Below, one piece after another: positions 17,551 to 26,739 of a DNA stretch of 37,455 nucleotides. Positions within the stretch are counted from its first letter, which is position 1; each line of letters opens with the position of its first letter. A model generated the notes under the pieces. It did not search any database. It worked only from the letters and a program-made list of their open reading frames with translations, and had not been told where the DNA came from. The stretch is from UHGV virus genome UHGV-0248180; one strand, given 5' to 3'. The stretch comes from a virus. The position numbers and the translations under genes were made by a program.

Positions 17551-18441
17551 ATGTCAGTAGTAATTAATAATGTCAATGCAGTAATTAAATCTTTAGTTAA
17601 TAAAAAAATGATGAATGAATGGACTGTATTTCGCAGTGCAGAGCCAGATAAATTTTTTCATAGATTTAACTCAACTTTGGATTTGAATGTTATTGACAGA
17701 GATGTTCATGCAGAAATTTTAGATAAGTTTAAAGTTGATATTGGATTTGGATTAGAAAAACATTTGCAGCGAACAAACGGATCTGGAATGAGTTTATCTA
17801 ATCGCATTATGAAAGCCCTTAATAAAATTGGAGCATTGTCTCGTATTAATGCGAGTGAAATCCTTCGTAATTATAATAAAGGATATGACCTTTATGGTCG
17901 ACTAATGCCAAAATTATCATTCGATCAAATGATTGCGGATTTGTGGGAAAATCAAAGACGATTATTAGCATTAGGCGCTCGATTAGCTAAAGGTCTAGAT
18001 AAACAAATGATTTTTAAGACCAATAATACAGAAGACCTTAAATGCTTTAAATTTAGTATTCGTGGCGATGATTATTACATCAGAGCTCGCTCTACAGATT
18101 ATGTTAATATGGGGCATCATCTCTGTTTAGCTTTTGAAGTTTTAAAAGAAGCTGGAACATTAGAATATTCATCTGGTGCAAAATGCCCTATTGGTTCAAG
18201 TTGTATTTTAATTTATCGCCCGGATGAATCCAGTTCAACTAAATTGCCTACGAAACCTGTACCAGTTCGTAGTAACGAAAAACACTCTGAACAAATTGAT
18301 TATTTTAATAAACAGATTGAAGAGCTGAATATTTCTATTCAACAATATGATGATGAAATTTTCAGACTATCTGGACTGAGTAGTAAAGCTAAATCTGAGC
18401 GTGAAAAGTTAATTAAAATTGTCGATTTACTTAAATCTTAA
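17551..18441 (+). CDS. hypothetical protein (296 aa), member 1 of a 4-gene paralog array, C-terminal coiled coil
   Basis: ORF with GAGGAAA RBS; shared architecture with following three genes. Confidence 0.6.
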   Translation: MSVVINNVNAVIKSLVNKKMMNEWTVFRSAEPDKFFHRFNSTLDLNVIDRDVHAEILDKFKVDIGFGLEKHLQRTNGSGMSLSNRIMKALNKIGALSRINASEILRNYNKGYDLYGRLMPKLSFDQMIADLWENQRRLLALGARLAKGLDKQMIFKTNNTEDLKCFKFSIRGDDYYIRARSTDYVNMGHHLCLAFEVLKEAGTLEYSSGAKCPIGSSCILIYRPDESSSTKLPTKPVPVRSNEKHSEQIDYFNKQIEELNISIQQYDDEIFRLSGLSSKAKSEREKLIKIVDLLKS

Positions 18442-18449
18442 GGAACACC

Positions 18450-19469
18450 ATGAAAACTCGTTCTCAAATTGAAGATATGGTTCGTAATGCCAGCTATACT
18501 CGTGATGTTATGACATTTTTGTGCCAAAATAATTTAGACCCTGATAAAGTTAATCGTGATATTCACTTTAAATATATGAATAGCAGTGAATGGTTACGTC
18601 ATTTTAGTAAAGCGGGGTATATTACACAAATGACGGCTCGTGAGCAGCTCACCGATTTCTGTAAAACTATTGATTATAAAAATCCTCTATTTGTTCAAGG
18701 CGTTGGTCAGAGTAAGGTTGATTTATCATCTGGATTTTTTAATCCAAATCATTATCGTATTGAGTGGAGATTTATTGCTCTATTCCGTAAACAATTAAAG
18801 CAAATTTTGTCGACGGCTAGTCGATTAAAAGGTTCTGATATTAACTTAAAGAATCTGAAATTTGATGGTTATACTCTTCAGATGGAAGTAAGACCATTAA
18901 AAGAAAATAACAGAACTGCACGAATTAGCTTTAAACCTAATACAAAAAATTCTCTTTCAATTTGTGAATGCCTTAAATCACAGTTGACAGAAGCATTTAA
19001 GTATATGGATGTAGTTGCCGCGGTTCAGTCTAAGATTTTACCTCATTTTGAGCGAAATTGGGAACATACAGCAACGTATGAACTTGATATGATCGTTTCA
19101 TTTAAATACGATTTTTTGAGAAAGGACGAAGTCCCGCAAGAGAAAAAGCAGGAAGTGCAAGATATCTTAAATTTATCCAATTACTCATCAAACGATCCTA
19201 AATTTTGGATGTATAGTTCAGGTAATAAAGATACATGGAAATTCAATAAAGTGAATTTTCTTCCTGTTGAAAATCCGAGTCTTAAACCTGTTGAAAAATG
19301 GCACGCGGATGCGATTGAGAAGTCTATCAAGGCAGTAGATGATGAACTCGTTAAAGCAACTAATGAAGTGTTAGAAGCTGAAAAGATGCTAGAAAAAGCT
19401 CAAGAAAAAGTCAAAAATCTTACGAAGCAACGTTCTAAACTGAACAACGCACTAAATGCACTAAACTAG
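18450..19469 (+). CDS. hypothetical protein (339 aa), paralog array member 2
   Basis: ORF with AGGA RBS; central motif WRFIALFRKQLKQILSTASRL; coiled-coil tail. Confidence 0.6.
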   Translation: MKTRSQIEDMVRNASYTRDVMTFLCQNNLDPDKVNRDIHFKYMNSSEWLRHFSKAGYITQMTAREQLTDFCKTIDYKNPLFVQGVGQSKVDLSSGFFNPNHYRIEWRFIALFRKQLKQILSTASRLKGSDINLKNLKFDGYTLQMEVRPLKENNRTARISFKPNTKNSLSICECLKSQLTEAFKYMDVVAAVQSKILPHFERNWEHTATYELDMIVSFKYDFLRKDEVPQEKKQEVQDILNLSNYSSNDPKFWMYSSGNKDTWKFNKVNFLPVENPSLKPVEKWHADAIEKSIKAVDDELVKATNEVLEAEKMLEKAQEKVKNLTKQRSKLNNALNALN

Positions 19470-19498
19470 TTTACTTTGCCACAAGGATGTGGTATAAT
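19469..19498 (+). promoter_or_regulatory. T4 early promoter (GTTTAC-N18-TGgTATAAT)
   Basis: GTTTAC 19469-19474; TGg TATAAT 19490-19498. Confidence 0.65.
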
Positions 19499-19526
19499 GT
19501 TCTTACTTTCTACTGAGGAGATTAAT

Positions 19527-20528
19527 ATGACTCGTAACGAATATATCAAATCATTCAATAGCGTTATTGATGATAAAGTTAAACCTGTGTTTAGTCAGAA
19601 TAGTGTTATTTCCATTATCAATCAATGGCTCAATAATATTGATGCAAGTATTGTTTCTTCAAGCAAATTTATTCATGAAGTTCATAAAATTTCTAGTCGC
19701 GAATATAAAGATGATATTAAGGAAACTTTTAAAGGTTCTCGTCTTCTTTCATATTTAGTTAATCAAGATATTCTTGGTAAATTTGGGAAAGAAATTAAAC
19801 GAACTAAAGATGTAGTAGGATACAGTTGGTTCGGTGATGTTAATTCTTATCATCTTAATAATAAAGAAGACCCTGAGAATATTTTTACTCGTCGTTGGAT
19901 TAGTAATTTTAGACTTTTCAAGAAGCAAATTCTAAAATCAGCTTCTAAATTATGCTATGGTGATTATCGTCAAATCCATCCTTGGGCTTCTGATATGATT
20001 ATCATAAAAGAATATGAGCTTGATAAAAATAAAGCAGCTATTTTTGTGAATTATGAATTTTTTACACCAGAAGCTAATCAAAAGAACATTAATAAATTTT
20101 TCTCAATTGCTAGCGATATAACTCGTCAGTTAGAGACCGCATTACTTTGTATGGAAACAGTAGAAAATATTTATACTTATCCTTTTAAGAATATATGCGG
20201 TTGGGAAGGATATAAAATTGTAGTTAGTCTCCGTGAAGTAAAGTGTGCGTACTCACCGACTGATAAAGAAATTTACCAACAAAAATGTGATGAAATTGTG
20301 AATACTCCTAAAGAAGAAACTACCCTTGAGGAACTAATGGAATGTCTTGACGATTCGCCTGAACCAGTAGAAATTCGTCCAGAAGTTATTGCACTAGAAA
20401 AAGCTTATAAAGAAGTTCTAGAAATTTCTAATAAAGCGCAGAAAGAATATGAGCAGGCTAAAAGGATTTGGGAAGAATCTGTTAATCGCCTGGATCGTCT
20501 TGAACAAGCTTTACAGTTAATTAAGTAA
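19527..20528 (+). CDS. hypothetical protein (333 aa), paralog array member 3
   Basis: ORF with GAGGAG RBS; central motif RRWISNFRLFKKQILKSASKL; coiled-coil tail. Confidence 0.6.
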   Translation: MTRNEYIKSFNSVIDDKVKPVFSQNSVISIINQWLNNIDASIVSSSKFIHEVHKISSREYKDDIKETFKGSRLLSYLVNQDILGKFGKEIKRTKDVVGYSWFGDVNSYHLNNKEDPENIFTRRWISNFRLFKKQILKSASKLCYGDYRQIHPWASDMIIIKEYELDKNKAAIFVNYEFFTPEANQKNINKFFSIASDITRQLETALLCMETVENIYTYPFKNICGWEGYKIVVSLREVKCAYSPTDKEIYQQKCDEIVNTPKEETTLEELMECLDDSPEPVEIRPEVIALEKAYKEVLEISNKAQKEYEQAKRIWEESVNRLDRLEQALQLIK

Positions 20529-20580
20529 TTTAAAGCCAAGGATGGCTCGGAGTATAAACCATTAACCAAGTGAGAAGAAT

Positions 20581-21510
20581 ATGAAAACTCGTAAACATTA
20601 TATTGATTATTTTGACAGTCTTATTACTAAACACCGTAATTATCAGATCGGGCACAGAGCAGTAATCAATAATATTCTTCGTGATTTCCTTCAATATGTT
20701 GGTCAGGAAAATCATATCTGTAAAGATACTCAAAACGCTTATTCTCATTCGTTAGGCAATTTGCTTGAATGGTTTAAACGTTCTCGTATGTTATCTTCTA
20801 CTGTAGCTCATGAGAACATTAAAAACTTTATGAAGCCGAGTTTCATTAAATCTGAGACATCTATAACCGATTTGGTTGAATTTACTATTGTTAATGATGT
20901 TAAAAAGACTCATTTGGCTGATTGGTTTTCTACCATTCCTGAAACTAAATTTGCTGATAAATTTGCTTGTCAATTCAATGACCAAGTGAATATGCTTTTT
21001 AAGCATGCTCGCAAACTATTTACCGCGGGCGATGACCGTACAAATACAGTTCATGTTAAGGACTGGGTTATTGCTGATGAAGTAACACACAAGCCAGGTG
21101 GTTCATCAGTATTAATTAATATCCAGGTTCCTTATTATTACTCACGTAATCTTGGCACCATGACAGCTAAAGAAATTAATAAGCACAACAAAACTATTCG
21201 TTCGTTGTCTTATAAACTCCGCATGATGTTAAAAATTATGGACGTAGTGGAAATGTATGACGAAACCGAAGATAATGGTTCAATGCTGTACAGTTCACGC
21301 ATTCTAATTAAACTGAAGAACCCTAATACATATAAGACAGTTGTAAAAGAGCCTAAAGTAGAAAAGGTTGATAATCTGAGTGAAGAACGTGAATATCTCA
21401 ATGCCCGTTTGATTGAAGTTGAAGCCCAAATTGCAGAACACACCAAATTGTTAAAAGCTCTTAATGCAAAAGCAAATGGTTTACGTAATGCTATTGAGGT
21501 ATTGAAATGA
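20581..21510 (+). CDS. hypothetical protein (309 aa), paralog array member 4
   Basis: ORF; N-terminus MKTRKHYIDYF resembles member 2 MKTRSQIEDMV; coiled-coil tail. Confidence 0.6.
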   Translation: MKTRKHYIDYFDSLITKHRNYQIGHRAVINNILRDFLQYVGQENHICKDTQNAYSHSLGNLLEWFKRSRMLSSTVAHENIKNFMKPSFIKSETSITDLVEFTIVNDVKKTHLADWFSTIPETKFADKFACQFNDQVNMLFKHARKLFTAGDDRTNTVHVKDWVIADEVTHKPGGSSVLINIQVPYYYSRNLGTMTAKEINKHNKTIRSLSYKLRMMLKIMDVVEMYDETEDNGSMLYSSRILIKLKNPNTYKTVVKEPKVEKVDNLSEEREYLNARLIEVEAQIAEHTKLLKALNAKANGLRNAIEVLK

Positions 21511-21896
21511 AAAAGCGTTTATTAGAAGACATTGCAGCTTCAAGTAATTCCAGTTTAATTAAAATTATTATGGCTGGTGAGGAAGATGATATGGAAATGC
21601 GTGGAAAGATTCACGGCTGCGACGATTTAGATTTTAAACCTCCAGCATGGGATGCTATTATGGCTATGGTTGAACGACGTGAAAGAGCTTCTAAAAACGT
21701 TCCTAATTGCCCTGAATGCGGTACTGAACAAGTTCAGTTGATTAACTGGCGTAAACCAGAGCTTGAATATAAATGCCGTCAATGTAAACATAAATTCAGT
21801 AAGCATGCTCCGGAAATGGTTAAATTGCCTGACTCTACTGAGTTCTTTAAAGAACTTGTGAGTGTTCAACCAATGCCTAATAATATTTTGGATTAA
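21507..21896 (+). CDS. hypothetical zinc-ribbon protein (129 aa)
   Basis: ORF; CPECG..17..CRQCKH four-cysteine ribbon; ATGA overlap. Confidence 0.55.
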   Translation: MKKRLLEDIAASSNSSLIKIIMAGEEDDMEMRGKIHGCDDLDFKPPAWDAIMAMVERRERASKNVPNCPECGTEQVQLINWRKPELEYKCRQCKHKFSKHAPEMVKLPDSTEFFKELVSVQPMPNNILD

Positions 21897-21898
21897 AA

Positions 21899-22141
21899 AT
21901 GACCAAGCGTAAAGAATATATGGAGGCTGCTGAAAAGGCAGTCCGTGAATTAGCAATAGCTTATTATAATGAACACGGTAAATTTCCTGATAGATACAGC
22001 GTGCTTAAATCTGCTTTAACTCGTTCATATAAAAATATGCTATCAGAAGTAAGTGATATTATATACAAACATAAAGAACAAACGGGCCAAAGTCTTGATT
22101 ACGACGAGACTTTTAAACAAGTACTAGGAATTAAGGAATAA
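21899..22141 (+). CDS. hypothetical protein (80 aa)
   Basis: ORF. Confidence 0.5.
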   Translation: MTKRKEYMEAAEKAVRELAIAYYNEHGKFPDRYSVLKSALTRSYKNMLSEVSDIIYKHKEQTGQSLDYDETFKQVLGIKE

Positions 22142-22142
22142 T

Positions 22143-22406
22143 ATGTTTAAAGTATATGGTTATGATAGCAACATTCATAAATGCGTGTATTGCGATAATG
22201 CAAAACGTCTTTTGACTGTGAAGAAACAGCCGTTTGAATTTATCAACATTATGCCGGAAAAAGGTGTTTTTGATGATGAGAAAATCGCTGAGCTTCTGAC
22301 TAAACTAGGTCGTGATACTCAAATCGGCTTGACAATGCCTCAGGTATTTGCTCCTGATGGAAGTCATATTGGTGGATTTGACCAACTGCGAGAATATTTT
22401 AAATGA
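22143..22406 (+). CDS. nrdC: Glutaredoxin/thioredoxin NrdC (87 aa)
   Basis: CVYC active site; matches T4 NrdC from memory. Confidence 0.92.
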   Translation: MFKVYGYDSNIHKCVYCDNAKRLLTVKKQPFEFINIMPEKGVFDDEKIAELLTKLGRDTQIGLTMPQVFAPDGSHIGGFDQLREYFK

Positions 22407-22618
22407 TGCTCGAAGGAACTGACTATATTCATGATTACCGCAGAAGCGCGGTATATGTAGGTGATGAAGTTGCAGTTTATTATGGGTATGGAACTTTGAT
22501 GACAGCAAAGGTTATTCAAATTAAAAATAATCGTGCTAAACTTGAAGTTTATTATTCTAACGGTGAAAAGTCTATTTCTAAATGGAAATATGGTGATTGT
22601 ATGGTCAAACTGGGGTAA
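22403..22618 (+). CDS. hypothetical protein (71 aa)
   Basis: ORF, ATGA overlap. Confidence 0.5.
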   Translation: MMLEGTDYIHDYRRSAVYVGDEVAVYYGYGTLMTAKVIQIKNNRAKLEVYYSNGEKSISKWKYGDCMVKLG

Positions 22619-22620
22619 AT

Positions 22621-22791
22621 ATGATTTACGATATTAGCGTATCAAGAACTCCGTCAATGGTTACTATTCCTGCTGAAGAACTAAATCGTCTTCAGAAAAT
22701 TGAAGAGCTTCTTTGGGAAATTGAATCTGATTTGCCATCAGGACTAGAATCCTGGATTGATTATGAAGAACTTAATAAGCTTCGGGGTTAA
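22621..22791 (+). CDS. hypothetical protein (56 aa)
   Basis: ORF; track start 22597 is TTG, first ATG is 22621. Confidence 0.45.
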   Translation: MIYDISVSRTPSMVTIPAEELNRLQKIEELLWEIESDLPSGLESWIDYEELNKLRG

Positions 22792-22843
22792 ACCCTGGTG
22801 GGCGGCTAGATGGGAAACTGTAGAGCCAGAGCCGGAAGAACCG

Positions 22844-22873
22844 GTTTACACTGATGAAGAAACAGTATATAAT
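22844..22873 (+). promoter_or_regulatory. T4 early-type promoter upstream of pin (GTTTAC-N18-TATAAT)
   Basis: GTTTAC 22844-22849; TATAAT 22868-22873. Confidence 0.5.
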
Positions 22874-22913
22874 GAACCAACGATAAATGACTTAATTGAT
22901 ATGGAGATGGGAC

Positions 22914-23399
22914 ATGATTACAGTAGATAAGTGGTTTAGAATTAATCGTGTTGATACAGGGCTATGTAATTACTGGCCGGAACTTAGTGCAGGTACTGTC
23001 TTTAAAGTTCGTGAACTTACAAAAGAATGTGAAGATGATATAGAGCCTGATACTGGAATTATTGAAATTGAACTTTCCGACGGAAAGATTATTAACATCT
23101 ATGATAAGCCAATTACGTATTGGTGCTTGTGGAATGCTGAATCCGTTGAAAATGGCGAAATTGAAGAAGTTGTAGAGAGAACTAGCCAAGATGTTCAGAA
23201 GCCTAAAGCCGCTTTTCAAGGTGAACGTATTTCATATGCATTAGCTAAAGTGGCATTGAAAAAAGATATTGATGATTATGAAGGTAACCTGATGCAAGCT
23301 GCGGCAGAATATATTGAATGGCTTGAAACACAAAATTCTTTTTCTGACCAAATGATTCGGCAATATAAGCGATTGCATCAAATGTTTTATAATACTTGA
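22914..23399 (+). CDS. pin: Pin, inhibitor of host Lon protease (161 aa)
   Basis: Synteny nrdC-pin-49 and 161-aa size as in T4; GGAG RBS before ATG 22914 (track start 22896 is TTG). Confidence 0.8.
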   Translation: MITVDKWFRINRVDTGLCNYWPELSAGTVFKVRELTKECEDDIEPDTGIIEIELSDGKIINIYDKPITYWCLWNAESVENGEIEEVVERTSQDVQKPKAAFQGERISYALAKVALKKDIDDYEGNLMQAAAEYIEWLETQNSFSDQMIRQYKRLHQMFYNT

Positions 23400-23435
23400 A
23401 AAAACTCAAAATTCTTTTTCTGACAAGGCATTTTA

Positions 23436-23612
23436 ATGAAAACCGAATTGGTTTATACTGAAAAGTTAAATGGCGGTAAGGTTTGGAAACTTTTTATTAA
23501 AGGACATTCTACGGACCCTCATATGACCACTTGCGTAGGAACCTATTCTCGTCCTACTAAAAAGATGATTCGACAGTATAAACGATTGCATCGAATGTTT
23601 TACAATACTTAA
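23436..23612 (+). CDS. small ORF (58 aa) whose last 15 codons duplicate the C-terminus of Pin
   Basis: ORF below track cutoff; 48-nt segment 23565-23612 is ~87% identical to 23352-23399. Confidence 0.35.
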   Translation: MKTELVYTEKLNGGKVWKLFIKGHSTDPHMTTCVGTYSRPTKKMIRQYKRLHRMFYNT

Positions 23613-23623
23613 AAATAATAAAT

Positions 23624-23648
23624 ACCCTTATCTATTTAAGGTAAGGGT
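23624..23648 (+). promoter_or_regulatory. Hairpin (ACCCTTA / TAAGGGT) overlapping the gene 49 ribosome binding site
   Basis: 7-bp inverted repeat; 3' arm contains AAGGG just upstream of ATG 23655. Confidence 0.5.
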
Positions 23649-23654
23649 TTTATT

Positions 23655-24128
23655 ATGTTATTGACTGGCAAATTATATAAAGAAGAAAAACAGAAATTTT
23701 ATGATGCACAAAACGGTAAATGTTTAATTTGCCAACGAGAACTAAATCCTGATGTTCAAGCTAATCATCTTGATCATGACCATGAATTAAATGGACCAAA
23801 AGCAGGAAAGGTACGTGGATTGCTTTGTAATCTCTGCAATGCCGCAGAAGGTCAAATGAAGCATAAATTTAATCGTTCTGGATTAAAGGGACAAGGTGTT
23901 GATTATCTTGAATGGTTAGAAAATTTACTTACTTATTTAAAATCCGATTACACCCAAAATAATATTCACCCTAACTTTGTTGGAGATAAATCAAAGGAAT
24001 TTTCTCGTTTAGGAAAAGAGGAAATGATGGCCGAGATGCTTCAAAGAGGATTTGAATATAATGAATCTGACACCAAAACACAGTTAATAGCTTCATTTAA
24101 GAAGCAGCTTAGAAAGAGTTTAAAATGA
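23655..24128 (+). CDS. 49: Endonuclease VII, Holliday junction resolvase (157 aa)
   Basis: Translation matches T4 gp49 from memory; zinc motif CLICQ..CNLC. Confidence 0.95.
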   Translation: MLLTGKLYKEEKQKFYDAQNGKCLICQRELNPDVQANHLDHDHELNGPKAGKVRGLLCNLCNAAEGQMKHKFNRSGLKGQGVDYLEWLENLLTYLKSDYTQNNIHPNFVGDKSKEFSRLGKEEMMAEMLQRGFEYNESDTKTQLIASFKKQLRKSLK

Positions 24129-25942
24129 CAATTGAAAAAGAAATTGAAGGATTGATTCATAAAACTAATAAAGACCTTTTAAACGAGAATGCTAATAAAG
24201 ATTCTCGTGTTTTTCCAACTCAACGGGACCTTATGGCTGGTATTGTGTCTAAACACATTGCCAAAAATATGGTCCCGTCTTTTATTATGAAAGCGCATGA
24301 AAGCGGAATTATTCATTTCCATGATATTGATTATTCCCCTGCTCTTCCATTTACTAATTGTTGTTTAGTAGATTTAAAAGGAATGCTTGAAAACGGATTT
24401 AAGCTTGGTAATGCACAGATTGAAACTCCTAAATCAATTGGCGTTGCTACTGCAATTATGGCGCAAATTACTGCGCAAGTTGCTTCCCATCAATACGGCG
24501 GAACGACTTTTGCGAATGTAGATAAAGTACTTTCTCCTTATGTTAAACGCACCTATGCAAAACATATTGAGGATGCAGAAAAATGGCAAATCGCTGATGC
24601 GTTGAATTATGCTCAATCTAAAACAGAAAAAGACGTATACGATGCATTTCAAGCTTATGAATATGAAGTAAACACTCTCTTTAGTTCAAACGGACAAACG
24701 CCTTTTGTAACAATTACATTTGGTACGGGAACTGACTGGACTGAACGAATGATTCAGAAAGCAATTCTGAAAAATCGTATTAAAGGTCTTGGTCGTGATG
24801 GGATAACTCCTATTTTCCCTAAGCTTGTTATGTTCGTTGAAGAAGGCGTTAATCTTTATAAAGACGATCCGAATTACGACATTAAGCAACTTGCTCTAGA
24901 GTGTGCAAGCAAAAGGATGTATCCTGATATTATTTCAGCTAAGAACAATAAAGCTATCACTGGTTCATCTGTTCCTGTTTCTCCAATGGGTTGCCGTAGT
25001 TTCTTGAGCGTATGGAAAGATTCGACTGGTAATGAAATTCTTGATGGACGTAATAATCTTGGTGTTGTAACACTGAATCTTCCTCGCATCGCGTTAGATT
25101 CTTATATTGGAACACAGTTCAATGAACAGAAATTTGCTGAATTATTCAATGAACGAATGGATTTATGTTTTGAAGCTTTGATGTGTAGAATTAGTTCCTT
25201 AAAAGGAGTTAAAGCTACTGTTGCTCCTATTCTTTACCAAGAAGGTGCATTCGGGGTTCGTCTTAAACCTGATGACGACATAATTGAGTTATTTAAAAAC
25301 GGTAGAAGTTCAGTGTCTTTAGGATACATTGGTATTCACGAATTGAATATTCTTGTCGGTCGTGATATTGGACGAGAAATTTTAACTAAAATGAATGCTC
25401 ATCTTAAACAGTGGACTGAAAGAACTGGATTTGCTTTTAGCTTGTATTCTACTCCCGCTGAAAACCTTTGTTATCGCTTCTGTAAACTTGATACTGAAAA
25501 ATATGGAAGTGTAAAAGATGTTACTGATAAAGGCTGGTACACTAATAGTTTCCATGTTTCAGTAGAAGAAAATATTACTCCGTTTGAAAAGATTTCTCGC
25601 GAAGCCCCATATCATTTCATTGCGACAGGTGGTCACATTTCTTATGTTGAACTTCCTGATATGAAAAATAACTTAAAAGGTCTTGAGGCCGTGTGGGATT
25701 ATGCTGCACAGCATTTAGATTATTTTGGTGTTAATATGCCAGTAGATAAGTGTTTTACATGCGGAAGTACCCATGAAATGACTCCTACTGAAAACGGATT
25801 TGTTTGTTCTATTTGTGGAGAAACTGATCCTAAAAAGATGAACACAATAAGAAGAACATGTGGTTATTTGGGAAATCCGAACGAGCGCGGATTTAATCTT
25901 GGCAAAAATAAAGAAATCATGCATAGGGTTAAACACCAATGA
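24125..25942 (+). CDS. nrdD: Anaerobic ribonucleoside-triphosphate reductase NrdD (class III), 605 aa, uninterrupted
   Basis: C-terminal glycyl-radical motif RRTCGYLG and zinc ribbon CFTCGS..CSICG. Confidence 0.95.
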   Translation: MTIEKEIEGLIHKTNKDLLNENANKDSRVFPTQRDLMAGIVSKHIAKNMVPSFIMKAHESGIIHFHDIDYSPALPFTNCCLVDLKGMLENGFKLGNAQIETPKSIGVATAIMAQITAQVASHQYGGTTFANVDKVLSPYVKRTYAKHIEDAEKWQIADALNYAQSKTEKDVYDAFQAYEYEVNTLFSSNGQTPFVTITFGTGTDWTERMIQKAILKNRIKGLGRDGITPIFPKLVMFVEEGVNLYKDDPNYDIKQLALECASKRMYPDIISAKNNKAITGSSVPVSPMGCRSFLSVWKDSTGNEILDGRNNLGVVTLNLPRIALDSYIGTQFNEQKFAELFNERMDLCFEALMCRISSLKGVKATVAPILYQEGAFGVRLKPDDDIIELFKNGRSSVSLGYIGIHELNILVGRDIGREILTKMNAHLKQWTERTGFAFSLYSTPAENLCYRFCKLDTEKYGSVKDVTDKGWYTNSFHVSVEENITPFEKISREAPYHFIATGGHISYVELPDMKNNLKGLEAVWDYAAQHLDYFGVNMPVDKCFTCGSTHEMTPTENGFVCSICGETDPKKMNTIRRTCGYLGNPNERGFNLGKNKEIMHRVKHQ

Positions 25943-26409
25943 ATTACGATAGATTTTATCCCTGCGATTTTGTGAATGGCCCTGGATGCAGGGTCGTTCT
26001 TTTCGTTACAGGTTGTTTGCATAAATGTGAAGGGTGTTATAATAAATCAACATGGAATGCTAGAAATGGTATTCCATTCACTGGTGAAACACTAGAACAA
26101 TTAATTGAATGTTTGAATAATGATTATATAGAAGGATTAACTATAACTGGAGGAGACCCTCTCTATCCTGATAACCGAGATGTTATTCATTGCATCGTTC
26201 AAACAGTAAAAAATCTTTATCCCAATAAAAGCATTTGGTTGTGGACAGGATATAAGTTTGAAGATATTAAACAACTAGAAATGCTTAAATATGTTGATGT
26301 TATTATTGATGGGAAGTATGAGAAAAATCTTCCGACTAAAAAGCTGTGGCGAGGATCAGATAATCAGCGACTTTGGTCAAATACCGATGGGGTGTGGAAA
26401 CATGATTAA
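25939..26409 (+). CDS. nrdG: Anaerobic RNR activating enzyme NrdG (radical SAM), 156 aa
   Basis: Radical-SAM cluster motif CLHKCEGC; ATGA overlap with nrdD. Confidence 0.93.
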   Translation: MNYDRFYPCDFVNGPGCRVVLFVTGCLHKCEGCYNKSTWNARNGIPFTGETLEQLIECLNNDYIEGLTITGGDPLYPDNRDVIHCIVQTVKNLYPNKSIWLWTGYKFEDIKQLEMLKYVDVIIDGKYEKNLPTKKLWRGSDNQRLWSNTDGVWKHD

Positions 26410-26524
26410 ATTGAATTATATTATGGATACTATAAATGATATGATTTTTCATTTTGGTCCAGAATTTTATTCCCAATATAGTTTAGTGCTTATCAATGCT
26501 TGGTTAATTAATTAAGGGTAAAAT

Positions 26525-26737
26525 ATGTATAAATTTCGTAAAGGTTTAGCTGATTTTCTTACAACTGTAACATTCTTTTTGTTTATGGCAGTTGGAGCTA
26601 TTTTCCTTATTCCTTTTATTGCTATATTTTTCGTGATTAGTTTGATTTCTCCAGAAAAGGGCTTATCTTCTAGTGAGTTCAATGAACGTCTGGATAAAAT
26701 TACTAATAAGTTGAATGCTGCTCTTAGTAAGGAATAG
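26525..26737 (+). CDS. hypothetical small membrane protein (70 aa)
   Basis: ORF; central hydrophobic stretch. Confidence 0.45.
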   Translation: MYKFRKGLADFLTTVTFFLFMAVGAIFLIPFIAIFFVISLISPEKGLSSSEFNERLDKITNKLNAALSKE

Positions 26738-26739
26738 TT

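Noticed and set aside
20537-20563. CAAGGATGG...AGTATAAACC element resembling promoters upstream of paralog member 4
   Set aside because: No TGnTATAAT or TATAAATA match at proper spacing; similarity to the 17091 and 19483 elements noted but insufficient for a promoter call.
21627-21956. 109-aa minus-strand ORF
   Set aside because: Antisense to the + strand zinc-ribbon ORF and gene junction; no RBS or promoter context.
22792-22843. Short GC-rich stretch between the 22621 ORF and pin, considered as a possible small RNA or pseudogene
   Set aside because: Only about 50 nt, directly followed by an early promoter (22844-22873); more simply promoter-upstream sequence.
26291-26515. 74-aa ORF overlapping the nrdG 3' end in another frame
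   Set aside because: Mostly embedded in nrdG; only a 37-aa piece from ATG 26402 could be independent, too weak to call.
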